This document shows positions 30,211-44,366 of a DNA stretch of 64,000 bases, in pieces. The position numbers were made by a program, and so were the translations under genes. Below the pieces are notes generated by a model, which saw only the letters and a list, made by a program, of their open reading frames with translations, searched no databases and was not told the origin of the DNA. Where the stretch lies: assembly GCA_964016885.1 (NCBI GenBank), contig OZ024751.1, positions 50,158,001 to 50,222,000 on the forward strand. The letters are read 5' to 3'. The stretch is from Eledone cirrhosa. Taxonomy: Eukaryota. Numbering within the stretch: position 1 is the stretch's first letter; each line of letters begins with the position of its first letter.

Positions 30211-30426
30211 GAATTTTTTTACTATAAGGAACTGTTTCTTTGTTTTTTCATTATTTTATTAATTTATCTTGACTCTGATTTCCGTTTATTTTTCACCGAA
30301 AATAGTTTTTGAATACATCTCTTTTCATGATATCCGGATTACATTGAGTTCTTCATACGGATTGGACACTACCGTAAATTGTTGGTAGATTTATCTACAT
30401 ATATGTATATATACATATATATATAT

Positions 30427-30529
<103 letters not shown>

Positions 30530-30887
30530 CATACATATAACAATATACACACACACATATATATATAGAGAGAGAGAGGGGGGGGGAGAAAGAAGATAGC
30601 ACATCAAATACACTGATATACATATATATTTACTTATGTACATACATTCATTCATATAAACATTTATGAATTATATGCAAACTAATGCATGCGTATATAC
30701 ATTCATGAATGCATGCCTACACCTCATATATATATATATATATGGTTTACTGACCAAGAAAGGGAAACATTTTATTATCTGCATGGAAAAAAAAGGCTAG
30801 CAAAATTAATAGCTAATTGTAATAATCTTGAGGCAACGTTTATATATATATATATATATGTGTGGGGGGGGGGATATATATTTATAT

Positions 30888-30954
<67 letters not shown>

Positions 30955-31174
30955 ATATTAACAAATGGAAACTATATTTATAAAACCATATTTATTTCAT
31001 TATACATATTGCAAGGGCCACCAAACCAAATTATGGTGCGCTTCCATCAGCTAAAATATAATATAGGTTAGTTTTATAAATAAATATTGACATACCCTTA
31101 AAAAAATGCAACCATTCTGGTTGGAGTCTCCTGGATATATCTACATATATATATATGTGTAGGTATATATATAT

Positions 31175-31242
<68 letters not shown>

Positions 31243-31279
31243 GTGTGTGTGTGTGTGTAGAGTGTGTGAGAGAGAGGGT

Positions 31280-31360
<81 letters not shown>

Positions 31361-32014
31361 TCAGATAGATAGATAGATATTTATTTTGAGTACATAAATG
31401 TAATAACACTGTATAAAGTATTTGATTGTCTTGTTTGTTTCCTTTTTGCTTATTTTGCTTTGTTTCTTGTCGACAATTGATCTAATATGGGTGGTAACCT
31501 AATATAGGAAGTGGGAAATATTTTATTATGAAACTTTAGCAGAAAATTACAAATAATATCTTGCGTAGTTATATAGTTTACACATGTTCTATTACGTAAT
31601 TATTAGTAAATGATACTCTATATTAAGCATACTCAGGGAATGAGAAAACATAAATGACGATATCATAAAAATATAAAACCATATAACACACCTAAAGATC
31701 ATAAAACATGTTATCATGTTGTGAATAAATATGTATGTCTGTTCGTGTCTCACGCCGGGTGGATCTCAGTCAGTATGTGGAGGCAGTTAACCTCATCATC
31801 ATTACCAACAGCAGCCCTGTTTAATATATATTTCCTATGACTGATTGTCATATACCGAGGCGAGATTGATCAAGTGGTTAGATCTTACATGCTCTATACT
31901 TGAATTGGTTTCTACAACTGGGTTCCCCTCCTAACAACAGTCGCTTTACAGTTTGGTACTGAGCACATTTTCTTGTAACTCCAGCACTACCACTTTAAAA
32001 GATGAACTTTATGT

Positions 32015-32880
32015 AGTGTTGGTGGTGCTGGTGATGGTACTGATAGTGCTGGTAGTGCTGGTGGTACTGTTGGAGCTGGTAGTGCTGGTGGTACTGATGG
32101 TACTGGTGGAGCTGGTAGTGCTGGTGGTACTGTTGCACTGGTGGAGCTGGTAGTGCTGGTGGTACTGGTGGTACTGATGGAGCTGGTAGTGCTGGTGGTA
32201 CTGTTGGAGCTGGTAGTGCTGGTGGTACTGAGGGTACTGGTGGAGCTGGTAGTGCTGGTGGTACTGGTGGTACTGATGGAGCTGGTAGTGCTGGTGGTAC
32301 TGTTGGAGCTGGTAGTGCTGGTGGTACTGGGGGTACTGGTGGAGCTGGTGGTACTGGTGGTACTGGTGAAGCTGGTGGTACTGGTGGAGCTGGTAGTACT
32401 GGTGGAGCTGGTGGTACTGGTGGAGCTGGTGGTACTGGTGGTACTGGTGGAGCTGGTGGTACTGGTGGTACTGGTGGAGCTGGTAGTGCTGGTGGTTTTC
32501 GTGGTGCAGTTGCTTGTGGCAGTGGTTTCAGCTGTGTTTGTGGCGTTGGTTGTGATCTTGATGATTATGGTAGTGGTGGTGGTAATGGTGATGTTGAGGG
32601 TAGCGGTGATGGTGCTAATGGTAATGGTGAGGGTAGCGATGGTGGTGGTAATGGTGATGGCGATAGTAATGGTGATGATGAGGGTGGTGGTGGTGGTGGT
32701 GCTGCTGCTGGTGATGGTGGTGGTGGTGATGGTAATGGTGATGGTGAGGATAGTAGTGGTGGTGGTAATGGCGATGGTGAGGTGATGGTGATGGTGTTGA
32801 TAATGGTAATAGTAATGGTGATGGAGCTGGTAATCGTGCCACTGTTGCTGTTGGTCGTAGTACTGCTGTTACTGATGGTA
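32015..32880. repeat. Degenerate GGT/GCT/ACT/GAT trinucleotide-based low-complexity array
   Basis: ggtggtact/ggagctggtagtgct units, then a (ggt/gat/aat) mixture. Confidence 0.9.
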
Positions 32881-32883
32881 GAA

Positions 32884-33102
32884 ATTATTGTTTCGTATAT
32901 AGGCACAAGGCCAGTAATTTTAGGGGAGGGCAAGGTCGATTAAATCGACCCCAGTGCACTACTGGTACTTTATTTTATCGACCCCGTAAGGATGAAAGGC
33001 AAAATTAAGCTCGGCGGGATTTGAACTCAGATCATAAAGGGCTGTAACTCCATGCTGCAAAGCATGGTATCCGACCCTCTACGGATATTGCCAATCCACC
33101 GC
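32884..33102 (-). mobile_element. SINE family S (near complete)
   Basis: Same core and 5' head as 6267-6479. Confidence 0.85.
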
Positions 33103-33691
33103 GTCGGCATGTTGATGTTGTTGTTACTGCTGTTGCTGTTATGTATTGTTGGTGTTATGTATTGTTAAACTCCTTTCAAACTGAAAGCCGAATTCTCCCA
33201 TTCAGTTTATAAATGTTCTTTATGTAATCTCTACTCCACTTATTTATAGAAATAGTTTCTATTTATCATCTGATTCTCACCTTTTAGTTCTTCCTTTTAT
33301 ACAAAACTATGTTTAGGTTTACTTTCTAACATCGGAAGGGACGGGTGCCTGTGGAGGAGGCAGGAGTATTTATCTCTGTCCCTGTGTGTGTGTGTGTGTG
33401 TGTGAGTATGTGGGGGTGAATATGTGGGGAGGGAGGGGAGGGGGGGGGGGCGTGTGTGAGTGTGTGTGTGTGTGTGTGTGTGCATGAGTGTATGTGTGTA
33501 GAAATGCGGAAGCAATCATGACTGTTCTTTATTTCACAATCTTGGTTCGTTCGATCTCAAGACGTAATATTTGGCGACCGCTCGTCTGTTAGACTATATA
33601 TGTCATCAGTGGAACTAGAACATGTACCACCCCCACCCACACATACGGTTCTCCACAAAAAACACACGTTATTGGATATTGACAAACTCTT

Positions 33692-33737
<46 letters not shown>

Positions 33738-33743
<6 letters not shown>

Positions 33744-34162
33744 AATAACAGGAGGCTGGACTGGTGTAATTTCTTAAAAGGTTTAATATACTATGATCAT
33801 TTCAATGACCGGGTTCAGTATGAATCCGGTGACATCATCAGGTATTCTAAATATAACAAAGGAATATAATAGACAAAATCCATGGGGCTGAAAAGCAGAG
33901 ATATGAAGGCGGTCGAACATTTACCAGCTTCTAGCCCGGTCAGCCGCCCTCAAGTGTTGATTATTAAGTTTTCTTATGTCCTTGTGGTGAAGGGGCGTAG
34001 GTTTATAGCGTACTACTACCACCCTGTCATAGACAGGAGCCAGCGTTGAGATCAGGTTACATTCAAGCTGGTCAGGAGTGCTAGAAAGTGCCGCGAAAAA
34101 TATTTACATCGCGGTTGACCATACGGAATGACCAGTTCTATCCAGTGGTGAACTAACAAACC

Positions 34163-34165
<3 letters not shown>
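33738..34165 (-). mobile_element. Solo pseudo-LTR-like insertion in (TA)n
   Basis: Unique ~430-bp block between two (TA)n tracts with an HHR near its left end; the terminus resembles 20024-20070. Confidence 0.7.
33788..33845 (-). ncRNA. Type I hammerhead ribozyme (complete core)
   Basis: Minus strand: AUAC-CUGAUGA-ugucACCGGAUUCA uac UGAACCCGGUcauu-GAAA-UGAUCA-UA-GUAU. Palindromic stem III. Confidence 0.8.
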
Positions 34166-34207
<42 letters not shown>

Positions 34208-35129
34208 GCATTAAATGTTTTGTGCACTATTATAATATTACTTTCACATATCTTTAAATATACACCAAACATACTTAAACTTTAATATTAACAGCTCAAT
34301 AAAAAGCAAATAAGGGACAATATTAAATGTGTAAAATGTGTCACCTGGGGCGGAACACTAAAACCCTCATCGCCTACAAATAAACACCCCGTTCCGTCAT
34401 CCAGCTACGCTACTGGTAACTTTAACCCGAAATGTAAATCTTTTTACATCTCTTATGTTGATACATCCTGAGCATTCAGCTAAGTTACATAAGTGTCTAT
34501 GGAATACTTAACTACTTATTCATTCATTCAATCTATACGTCAGTAGATCGGAAAACTATAACTAATACTAATGGGTTCTTATTTATATCTATATATGACA
34601 AAACATACGTGTGTCTGTCTGACTGTTTGACCATGTCATATTCCTATTACTTTGCTTATCAAACAAAGAATATGTTCAATAGCTTGGGGAAAAAGCTTGG
34701 AAAATAATAATGTCAGAAGTCAGACAAACGTAGTGTTTTCTAGCAAGCTCCAAACAAGACAGAAATTCAATATGAACGAGTATTAATGCTGAAGTGAATT
34801 AAATCGAATGTCTTATTAGAAAACATAATTTTAAAATTACTAGAATAACTTTGGAAATTGTTTGAAAATAATAGAAAATTGAGAAAGATGAGAAATTTAA
34901 TATATTTCATTTTTACTTCAAAATTTTAGCGAATTAAGATAAATGATGTTTTTCTAGAAATATCCTACTTTAAAGATTTGGTTAGATCAAATACGTATAT
35001 GAAAAAGATGTTTCCTCCCATCTTGATAAAGTTGCTAAGCAACACAAATATAAAGTTGAAAAAAAAAGAATTTTAATATATTCAAGAGAATGGAATTTTT
35101 AGACAAGCATAATAAAATTGTGGATGGAA

Positions 35130-35460
35130 ATAGAGAAATAGAGAAATGGGGAAATGGACAAATAGATAAATAGGCAAATAGACAAATGGACAAATAGACA
35201 AATAAACGAATAGACAAATATTCAAATAGGCAAATAGACAAATGCACAAATAGACAAATTGACAAATGAACAAATAGACAAATACACAAATAGACAAATA
35301 GACAAATGGACAAATGGACAAATGGGCAAATTGACAAATTGACAAATTAACAAATGGACAAATGGACAAATGGACAAATGGACAAATAGACAAATAGAGA
35401 AATAGGCAAATAGATAAATAGACAAAGAGACAAATAGAGAAATAGACAAATGGACAAATA
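35130..35460. repeat. (GACAAAT[A/G])n octamer minisatellite
   Basis: Direct reading. Confidence 0.92.
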
Positions 35461-36109
35461 TAGTGGAAGTAGGGTATATGAAAGAGTGTATATGATGCTT
35501 TAGATCGAGGACAAGGCTAATGATTTGGAATAAAATACATAATTCACAATATGATAGAGAGGGGAGTACCTCAGTGGAGTATGTTGTATGTCAGGTTATA
35601 CTACGATATGGTCTCACATTTCGAATATCAATAAGATGGATGAAGTATCTCGTGATAGATTTGTGTGTAGTAAATACACATACAGTATTAAATTTTGTCT
35701 GGTTATCTTGTGTGATTCATTGTCTCTGTAATAGAATGGCTGGCAGAATCAATAGGACACCAAACAAATTTGTTACAAGTTTGTGTCTTTTTTTATCGGT
35801 TTAGCGATAAAATTTCGCACCGGTCGATTTTGATATCCGTCCTTCCGATTTCGATAATATTGTTTATCAACCTTACTTTGTCATCGATTCAATTGACTAT
35901 ATCTCGGCTGTAAAAAATAACGCTTTGTATCAATTCAATAAATCATTAATTTCTATCATTAGTTTCTACAAATGTTTCAAGATTACACGTTTGGCCCTAA
36001 GATACATATTTTAAGGAGGGTGGGCAATATGTATTGTATTGAAATAAATTTTACACTAATGCTTTACTAGTACTATATGTAATCAACAATAATATATATA
36101 TAATAGTAA

Positions 36110-36273
36110 TAATTGTTTCTACTTTTGGCACAAGGCCAGCAATTATTCCAGTGTATTACTCGTACTTTATTTTATCGACCCCGTAAGGATGAAAGGCAAA
36201 GTTAACCTCGGCAGGATTTGAACTCAGACCATAAAGTGGCGTAACTCTTTGCTGCAAAGCATGGCGTCCGACC
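36110..36273 (-). mobile_element. SINE family S
   Basis: Same core as 6267-6479. Confidence 0.8.
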
Positions 36274-36390
36274 CTAATAATAAATGTGAAGACTAAAATC
36301 CGAAGAGGGCTCGAAATGAAGATCCCGTTAAGGGTGAAAGCAGTGATTCTTTGCTTAAACTTTAATCTGTTATTTAAATATATATATATG

Positions 36391-36464
<74 letters not shown>

Positions 36465-36465
<1 letters not shown>

Positions 36466-37122
36466 CGGCGATGAATTAGTTTTGCGAGGTTTTTTATATG
36501 AAATCGTGTGTCGAAACAAATATTGTTATACTTGGGGAGGGTCATATTTGTGTAATATTGCCAGAATTAATAACAGAACACACTCACTGTTTGGTTGGTT
36601 TTCGCTTCCCGCTTCTGTGTCTTTTATATCGGTAATCTAACTTACTCGGTCCTCAATGTTGCCATTGACTGACCGACGGTCAAAAATAATACAGATACAA
36701 TATAGACACAAACACATATATATAGTTTATCATAAATCTTTCGTTGCACATCTGCAACATCGTCAGTGGTGTTATCGTTTCCTCCTGTTGTATTATATGT
36801 CTACGCCATTTTTATTCAGTCTCTAAATAAAAATGGCGTAGACATATAATACAACAGGAGGAAACGATAACACCACTGACGATGTTGCAGATGTGCAACG
36901 AAAGATTTATGATAAACTATATATATGTGTTTGTGTCTATATTGTATCTGTATTATTTTTGACCGTCGGTCAGTCAATGGCAACATTGAGGACCGAGTAA
37001 GTTAGATTACCGATATAAAAGACACAGAAGCGAGAAGCGAAAACCAACCAAACAGTGAGTAAGTTCTGTTATTAATTCTGGCAATATTACACAAATACGA
37101 CCCTCCCCAAGTATAACAATAT
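36465..37122. mobile_element. Fold-back derivative of PLE family A (55-nt tail plus ~297-bp arms)
   Basis: 36520-36816 pairs with 36826-37122. The sequence is the 3' pseudo-LTR of 51031-57411, with the same tail gcggcgatgaattag...tcgaaaca. Confidence 0.95.
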
Positions 37123-37142
37123 ATATATATATATATATATAT

Positions 37143-37740
<598 letters not shown>

Positions 37741-37743
37741 CAT

Positions 37744-37824
<81 letters not shown>

Positions 37825-38069
37825 CACACACATATATACATATACATATATATATATATATATGTACATATATATATATATATATACACGTGCAAATACA
37901 CATACATATACATACACACATATATATTCACATGTCCATACATACACATACACACAAATACACAAACACACACACATGTATATATATATATCTATATCTA
38001 TATATATACACACACATAATCATACATATATATACACACGTACATACACACATATATATATATATATAT

Positions 38070-38500
38070 GGCGTTAGCCTCGGTGTTTGCATAGCTACGA
38101 CTTCCTAAAACCGTGTTTCTTTAGAAATACGAAATTTCTATACATATTTGTATACAGCTCTGCTTGAAGCTAAATCACATTTCTAGTCTACTATAAGTTG
38201 AGCCACCTTATGCAGCTTCATATGCAAATGAGATCAATTACCTCATTTACACAGACGAGCAAACTATATGTTCTCAACTGTTCTCAAGTCCAGTAGTTGC
38301 AAGCGGTGGGAGGGACCATCCTGAGGAAGACCAATCAAGCGTGAGATGCATAGATGGTGGTCCCCCTTGCTTTTGCTGGACACCACCAGGGGGCGTTAGC
38401 CCTGGTGTTTGCAGAGCTACGGCTTGCTAAAACCGTGTTTCTCTAGAAATACGAAATGTCTATACATATTTGTATACAGCTATGCTTGACGCTAAATCCT
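38070..38500 (+). mobile_element. Partial tandem pseudo-LTR: ~107-bp direct repeats around a degenerate HHR
   Basis: ggcgttagcc..gctaaatc at 38070 and 38392. Between them: accatc CTGAGGA ... GAGA tgca TA gatggt (38315-38358). Confidence 0.65.
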
Positions 38501-38516
38501 ATTTATATATATATAT

Positions 38517-38667
38517 GAAGTATCTCCGTAGGAAGGGTAAAGGAAAGGAGAGTGCTCTAGGTTTGCTACAGAGCTATTTAATTATGTAATAAACAACATA
38601 AGACAATTATTCCATTCGTGAAACTTTTGGTAAATGGAATAATTGTCTAATGTTGTTTATTACATAA
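38517..38667. mobile_element. Fold-back element, family G (a related partial copy lies at 39061-39182)
   Basis: Tail, then ttatgtaataaacaacataagacaattattccatt / aatggaataattgtctaatgttgtttattacataa, with the HHR 3' half GAAA cttttgg TA aatgg. Confidence 0.78.
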
Positions 38668-38741
<74 letters not shown>

Positions 38742-38788
38742 CGTTTCTGAATTTGTTTCTTGTTGGCAACATGGCCCTCCCAAAGTAT

Positions 38789-38841
<53 letters not shown>

Positions 38842-39249
38842 GACTATCCGGGAGCTTCCAACAGAAATGGTCGCATTCTTTAAGGGTATGTCAATATTTA
38901 TTTATTTATAAAACTGATCTATATTATATTTTATCTGATGAGAGCACACCATAATTTAACTTGGTGTCCTTGAAATATGTATAATGAAATAAATATGGTT
39001 TTATAAATATAGTTTCCATTTGTTAATATATCGTATATATATATATATATATATATATATTAAGTATTTCCGTGGAAAAGGTAAAGGAAAGAAGAGTCGG
39101 TAGGAAATGTTTCTCTTAGTTCGTCTAGCTTCGTGAAACCTTGGGTAATGGAAGAATTATACTGTGTTGTTTATTACATAAATATATATATATAGTATTT
39201 TTATATGTAATTACACACTCACAAACGCACGCACAAACACACACACACG

Positions 39250-39289
<40 letters not shown>

Positions 39290-39291
39290 AT

Positions 39292-39360
<69 letters not shown>

Positions 39361-39442
39361 ATGGATACCTACTTAAAACATTTGTAATAAGCCTCCTCGA
39401 CAATTTCACGTTCAGTCTCTCTCTTTCTCTCTCTATCTATCT

Positions 39443-39496
<54 letters not shown>

Positions 39497-39498
39497 CA

Positions 39499-39586
<88 letters not shown>

Positions 39587-39762
39587 ACCCTTCTCTCAAT
39601 CAATGTAACACATTCGTGTTAATTTACATGTGGTGAAACTTTCTCTCTCTCTCTCTCGCCGCTCTCTCTTTCCTTCTTTCTCTATCTCTCTATTTATCTC
39701 TTTCTCTTCTTCCTCTCTCTCTCTATCGATCTATCTGTCTCTGTCTATCTATCTCTCCCTCC

Positions 39763-39877
<115 letters not shown>

Positions 39878-40086
39878 TTATTAAAATAACAGATTAAAGT
39901 TTAAGCAAAGAATTTTGAGATAGAGCGCTCAAAATTATTTTTGAAAAGCATTAGAAATGCGCAACCGTTAAAAACTTAAAACTAAAACTGAATACTAACC
40001 AATACTTATTAGTAATTTTTACTTATTCCTAATTAAAGTATTTTTCACTGGGAACAATTTGTCAGCATTTTCTTTTCCTTTTACTA

Positions 40087-40178
<92 letters not shown>

Positions 40179-40529
40179 TCCCATTCCTCTCTCTCTATAT
40201 ATATATAAATATCTATCTATCAATATATATAAATATCTATCTATCAATTTCTCATTTGCTTTAGTAAGGCGTTGTCGAGTTCCGGCTTCGATGCCTGTTT
40301 TGACGTAAATTTCTGTTTGACCTAAGCATATCAAATTTAGAACATAAGACTTTTGCAATTCATTCACAAAGCCATAAACTCGGCTGTCTTTATTTGCTGT
40401 AGCTGTCATCTCAATTTTGGCCTTTTTAGTTTTCTTATTATTTTGGTTTTTAAGCATCAATATGGCTTCATCTATTTTCAGAAATACAAATATGCCTGCA
40501 ATAAAATTACAGATATTTACCGTAGGAGG

Positions 40530-40865
<336 letters not shown>

Positions 40866-40981
40866 AGCATTCCACCATACGAACATACTACACTGCCAAT
40901 ACAGAGGAACAAGGCAACAACACACGCACACACACACACTCAAGCGAGACAACAACACACGCACACACACACACAACCCTA

Positions 40982-41039
<58 letters not shown>

Positions 41040-41334
41040 GAGGTTGGTAATGGCACATGGAATATATAAGAGACAGAATACTTTTTTGTGAAAAAACATA
41101 ATTTTATAAGGTAAGGAAATAATAAAGGGTATAAAAAATGACCGGTTTCGATGGGTCTGCAAATTTTATACCCTTTATTATTTCCTTACCTTATAAAATT
41201 ATGTTTTTTCACAAAAAAGTATTCTGTCTCTTATATATTCCATGTGCCATTACCAACCTCAATTTTCTCTATAACCTTCGTTTTGTGTAGAAAATTACAC
41301 TTTTCATATATACTAACCTACGCAAATCCGGAAA

Positions 41335-42531
41335 ATGGCACTGGAACAAGACAACACAACTTCAAACTCAAATATAAATGAGGAAATCATGAAAATCCTA
41401 AAAGAGATAAATGGAAAACTCACCATTCTGACAAAAAAACAGGATATACCCCAAACCACCACACCGACTGACAACCAAATTTATTTAAACGTTCAAAACG
41501 TATGCAACTCCATCGAAAAACTAATGAATACCAACACAGAACAAACGACATTGCTCCATATCAAAAACCAAATGGGACACCTCTGGAAAAAACATCTAAA
41601 AACCAGAAAATTCACTTTCTGGAATATGATAAAAAACCTCAACAAAGCTGGAATTTACCAAAAATGGATTAACTCAACACCGATAGTTTTACCACGTAAA
41701 TTCCAAATAAAGCATATTACAAACGAACCTGAACCAGAAAGAAAACTCCGTGAACAAATGTCACTCAACAGGATAAACATGGAAATAGAACTCCTAAAAT
41801 TAAGGGCCACCTCAAACGAGCAAGAGTATAAGGATACTGATAAAAATATGGAGGAAGAATGCACTAAAAAGGCCGAGGGAACAACCCTACAATATTTAAT
41901 CAAATCGTGGAAACAGGACTGCGAGAATGCAGAAACTATTTCCCTTAAACGGTGGGAAAAATCCGAAAACTGGTTCCTCAAATATGAAGAAGACTTTAAA
42001 AGGACGCATCAAACAGGTAACCCCTTTATAAAGCATTTGAACATAACAAGAACTACAACAGACACATTTACACCACCAAACCCAACACACACTAACCACA
42101 GGCACATCCCCCACCAACACAAACCAAATACGGCCAACTACACCAAAAGAAACACACCCAACCACCACAACACAGGTTTCCGTAGAAATGCCCCCTACAT
42201 AAACCAACGACGAAATAACATAGATCCAACTCACAACACACACACCACATTCCTCAGAAGAAATCCACCCAGACCACTTGAAATCACAACAGAACTTACC
42301 CACAACCACACCAGACATCACCCTCAATCCAACAAAAGACAACCCCCCAACCTCAACACTCTGTACCACAGAAATAACGCACCCAAACCACATGAACCAA
42401 CAACAGAACCCTTGCTCATCAACAACCACAACACATACCACCCCCACCACCTCATGAAACAACAAGCTACAGACCCACACGCAACAGACCAACAAAATAT
42501 AATCACACACAAAACTACATTCCTTTTTTAG
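41335..42531 (+). CDS. ORF1 of PLE family B (helical N-terminal part; His/Pro/Thr/Asn-rich C-terminal part)
   Basis: Intact 398-aa ATG-initiated ORF inside the terminal repeats, upstream of the RT frame. Function unknown. Confidence 0.75.
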   Translation: MALEQDNTTSNSNINEEIMKILKEINGKLTILTKKQDIPQTTTPTDNQIYLNVQNVCNSIEKLMNTNTEQTTLLHIKNQMGHLWKKHLKTRKFTFWNMIKNLNKAGIYQKWINSTPIVLPRKFQIKHITNEPEPERKLREQMSLNRINMEIELLKLRATSNEQEYKDTDKNMEEECTKKAEGTTLQYLIKSWKQDCENAETISLKRWEKSENWFLKYEEDFKRTHQTGNPFIKHLNITRTTTDTFTPPNPTHTNHRHIPHQHKPNTANYTKRNTPNHHNTGFRRNAPYINQRRNNIDPTHNTHTTFLRRNPPRPLEITTELTHNHTRHHPQSNKRQPPNLNTLYHRNNAPKPHEPTTEPLLINNHNTYHPHHLMKQQATDPHATDQQNIITHKTTFLF

Positions 42532-44366
42532 GGAAAAGCCTGAAATACCAGGATACTCGATGCCCCCCCCCCCCCCCCCCCCCTCAGGAGAAACCAAAAA
42601 TAATCAACCTCTCAAAGACACCTCTAACCAACACACAAATCAACATTTTAAGTAAGGGCCTGAAATTTACACCTACACCACGTAAACCAAACTTCCCCGA
42701 AATGAAGGATGACATCATGGAATACTGCCGAAAGCTGCGACTAACGGAATTCTTCCACAACGACACCAACACTGAAGACGAATCACTGGTTAGAAATAAA
42801 AGCAATTTCTGCCCACAAAAGGGAAGAAATAAAGCACTGGACACGTACTGCGAACACATCACCAACTTTCCCTATGAAAAAATTACAAATAAACACACGA
42901 AATCAAACCTATCTACACACGAATGGGAAGAATTATTCACACTTAGAAACAACCCTGAGATAACTATCAAAGAAGCCGATAAAGGCAGTACTGTTGTCAT
43001 TATGAATACGGACTACTATAGGACCCTCGCACTTAACATTTTAGAAAACAACACATACTATGAAAAAACAGAAAACTACAAACACACCAAAACAATGGGG
43101 AACCTTTTGACCTTACTGAATAAATACCGCAACAGCTTAACCACAAAAGAGTTTAACTATATAAGCCACTTCAAATGCAATACAAGCTCTTTTTACGGCT
43201 TACCGAAACTCCACAAATGTAAACCCATAAACGATGCATGTGACACCTCAACCAACAATTACATTGAACTAACACCACCAGAAGACCTAAAACTCAGGCC
43301 AATTATAGCAGGCCCTACATGTGAAACCCACAGACTTAGCAACTTTCTGGACATCCTACTGAAACCCTTTCTACAACATATACAGAGCTACATACGAGAT
43401 GACCTTGACATGCTGAAACACCTCCCTAAAACAGTAAGTGCAAATACAATTCTTGTCTCCTTTGACGTAATAAACCTCTACACAAACATACCTCACAACT
43501 ATGGAATAACAGCAGTCCAATACTGGCTTAACACACACCCATCAGAAATACCGACACGCATCAACACAGATTTTATCACTGACGGACTCCGCTTTATCCT
43601 ACAAAATAACTACTTCACATTCAATGGTTCAACATACAGACAAGTATCAGGTACGGCAATGGGCACGAAAGTAGCACCCACATATGCCAACCTAGTCATG
43701 GGATTCCATGAACAACAAATATACAGTCAGTCCCTTCTCTTATTTGGAGACTCTTTCCACACACACCTCAAAGCCAATTGGAAAAGATATCTAGACGACT
43801 GCTTTATCCTATGGCAAGAAGACATGAACTCACTTACTATGTTTAAAAACATGATAAACAACATAGATAATAACATACAATTCACAATGGAATCCAATCC
43901 TAAGGAATTAGCCTTCTTGGATATTCTCATCTCTGTAATAGACGGGAAATTAGATACAGATATATTCTATAAACCCACAGATTCCAAGCAATACCTCTTT
44001 TTCACATCAAGTCACCCAAAACATACAAAACTTAACATTCCTTACAATTTGGCCAAAAGTATATGTACCATAGTATCAGATCCACCTAAATGGGAGCAAA
44101 GACTAAAGGAACTAAAAGACACCCTTATCTTAAGAGCCTTTCCACTTGAAATAATCAACAATGGAATAGACAGGGCAAAACACCTAAATCCCCATCAACT
44201 TAACAATCCAAAACAGAAAACCACACTAAACACCCTGCCATATGTATCCACTTTCAACCCCAGAAATACCGAAATGTTTGATCACCTACACAAAAACCTC
44301 CCCATCCTACTTAAAGATGTAAAAATGAAGTCTATTCTTGAAACAAGATCCTTAAAAGATCCTTAA
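42525..44366 (+). CDS. PLE reverse transcriptase (frame open upstream of the annotated ATG at 42702)
   Basis: The upstream frame reads FLGKSLKY..KIINLSKTPLT..ILSKGLKFTPTP, followed by ADKG, FYGLPKLHK, LRPII, SFDVINLYTNI, QVSGTAMG, RYLDD, FLDI and FYKPTD. Confidence 0.92.
   Translation, partial: FLGKSLKYQDTRCPPPPPPPQEKPKIINLSKTPLTNTQINILSKGLKFTPTPRKPNFPEMKDDIMEYCRKLRLTEFFHNDTNTEDESLVRNKSNFCPQKGRNKALDTYCEHITNFPYEKITNKHTKSNLSTHEWEELFTLRNNPEITIKEADKGSTVVIMNTDYYRTLALNILENNTYYEKTENYKHTKTMGNLLTLLNKYRNSLTTKEFNYISHFKCNTSSFYGLPKLHKCKPINDACDTSTNNYIELTPPEDLKLRPIIAGPTCETHRLSNFLDILLKPFLQHIQSYIRDDLDMLKHLPKTVSANTILVSFDVINLYTNIPHNYGITAVQYWLNTHPSEIPTRINTDFITDGLRFILQNNYFTFNGSTYRQVSGTAMGTKVAPTYANLVMGFHEQQIYSQSLLLFGDSFHTHLKANWKRYLDDCFILWQEDMNSLTMFKNMINNIDNNIQFTMESNPKELAFLDILISVIDGKLDTDIFYKPTDSKQYLFFTSSHPKHTKLNIPYNLAKSICTIVSDPPKWEQRLKELKDTLILRAFPLEIINNGIDRAKHLNPHQLNNPKQKTTLNTLPYVSTFNPRNTEMFDHLHKNLPILLKDVKMKSILETRSLKDP

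Larger units (their letters stand above)
27398..30398. mobile_element. Large non-coding fold-back (~1.26-kb arms, 87-nt spacer, ~130-nt tail), probably an inverted PLE 3' UTR/pseudo-LTR
   Basis: 27398-28656 pairs with 28744-30267 (the right arm is interrupted by a SINE). Unique tail at 30268-30398; TA-rich flanks; an HHR in each arm. Confidence 0.88.

Noticed and set aside
32141-32933. Val/Leu-rich, Pro-rich and His-rich ORFs
   Set aside because: They come from a degenerate trinucleotide array open in several frames; no splice or domain evidence.
41655-42865. Antisense ORFs over element B (and similar ones over family A)
   Set aside because: They are shadows of the strongly A/C-skewed sense ORFs.
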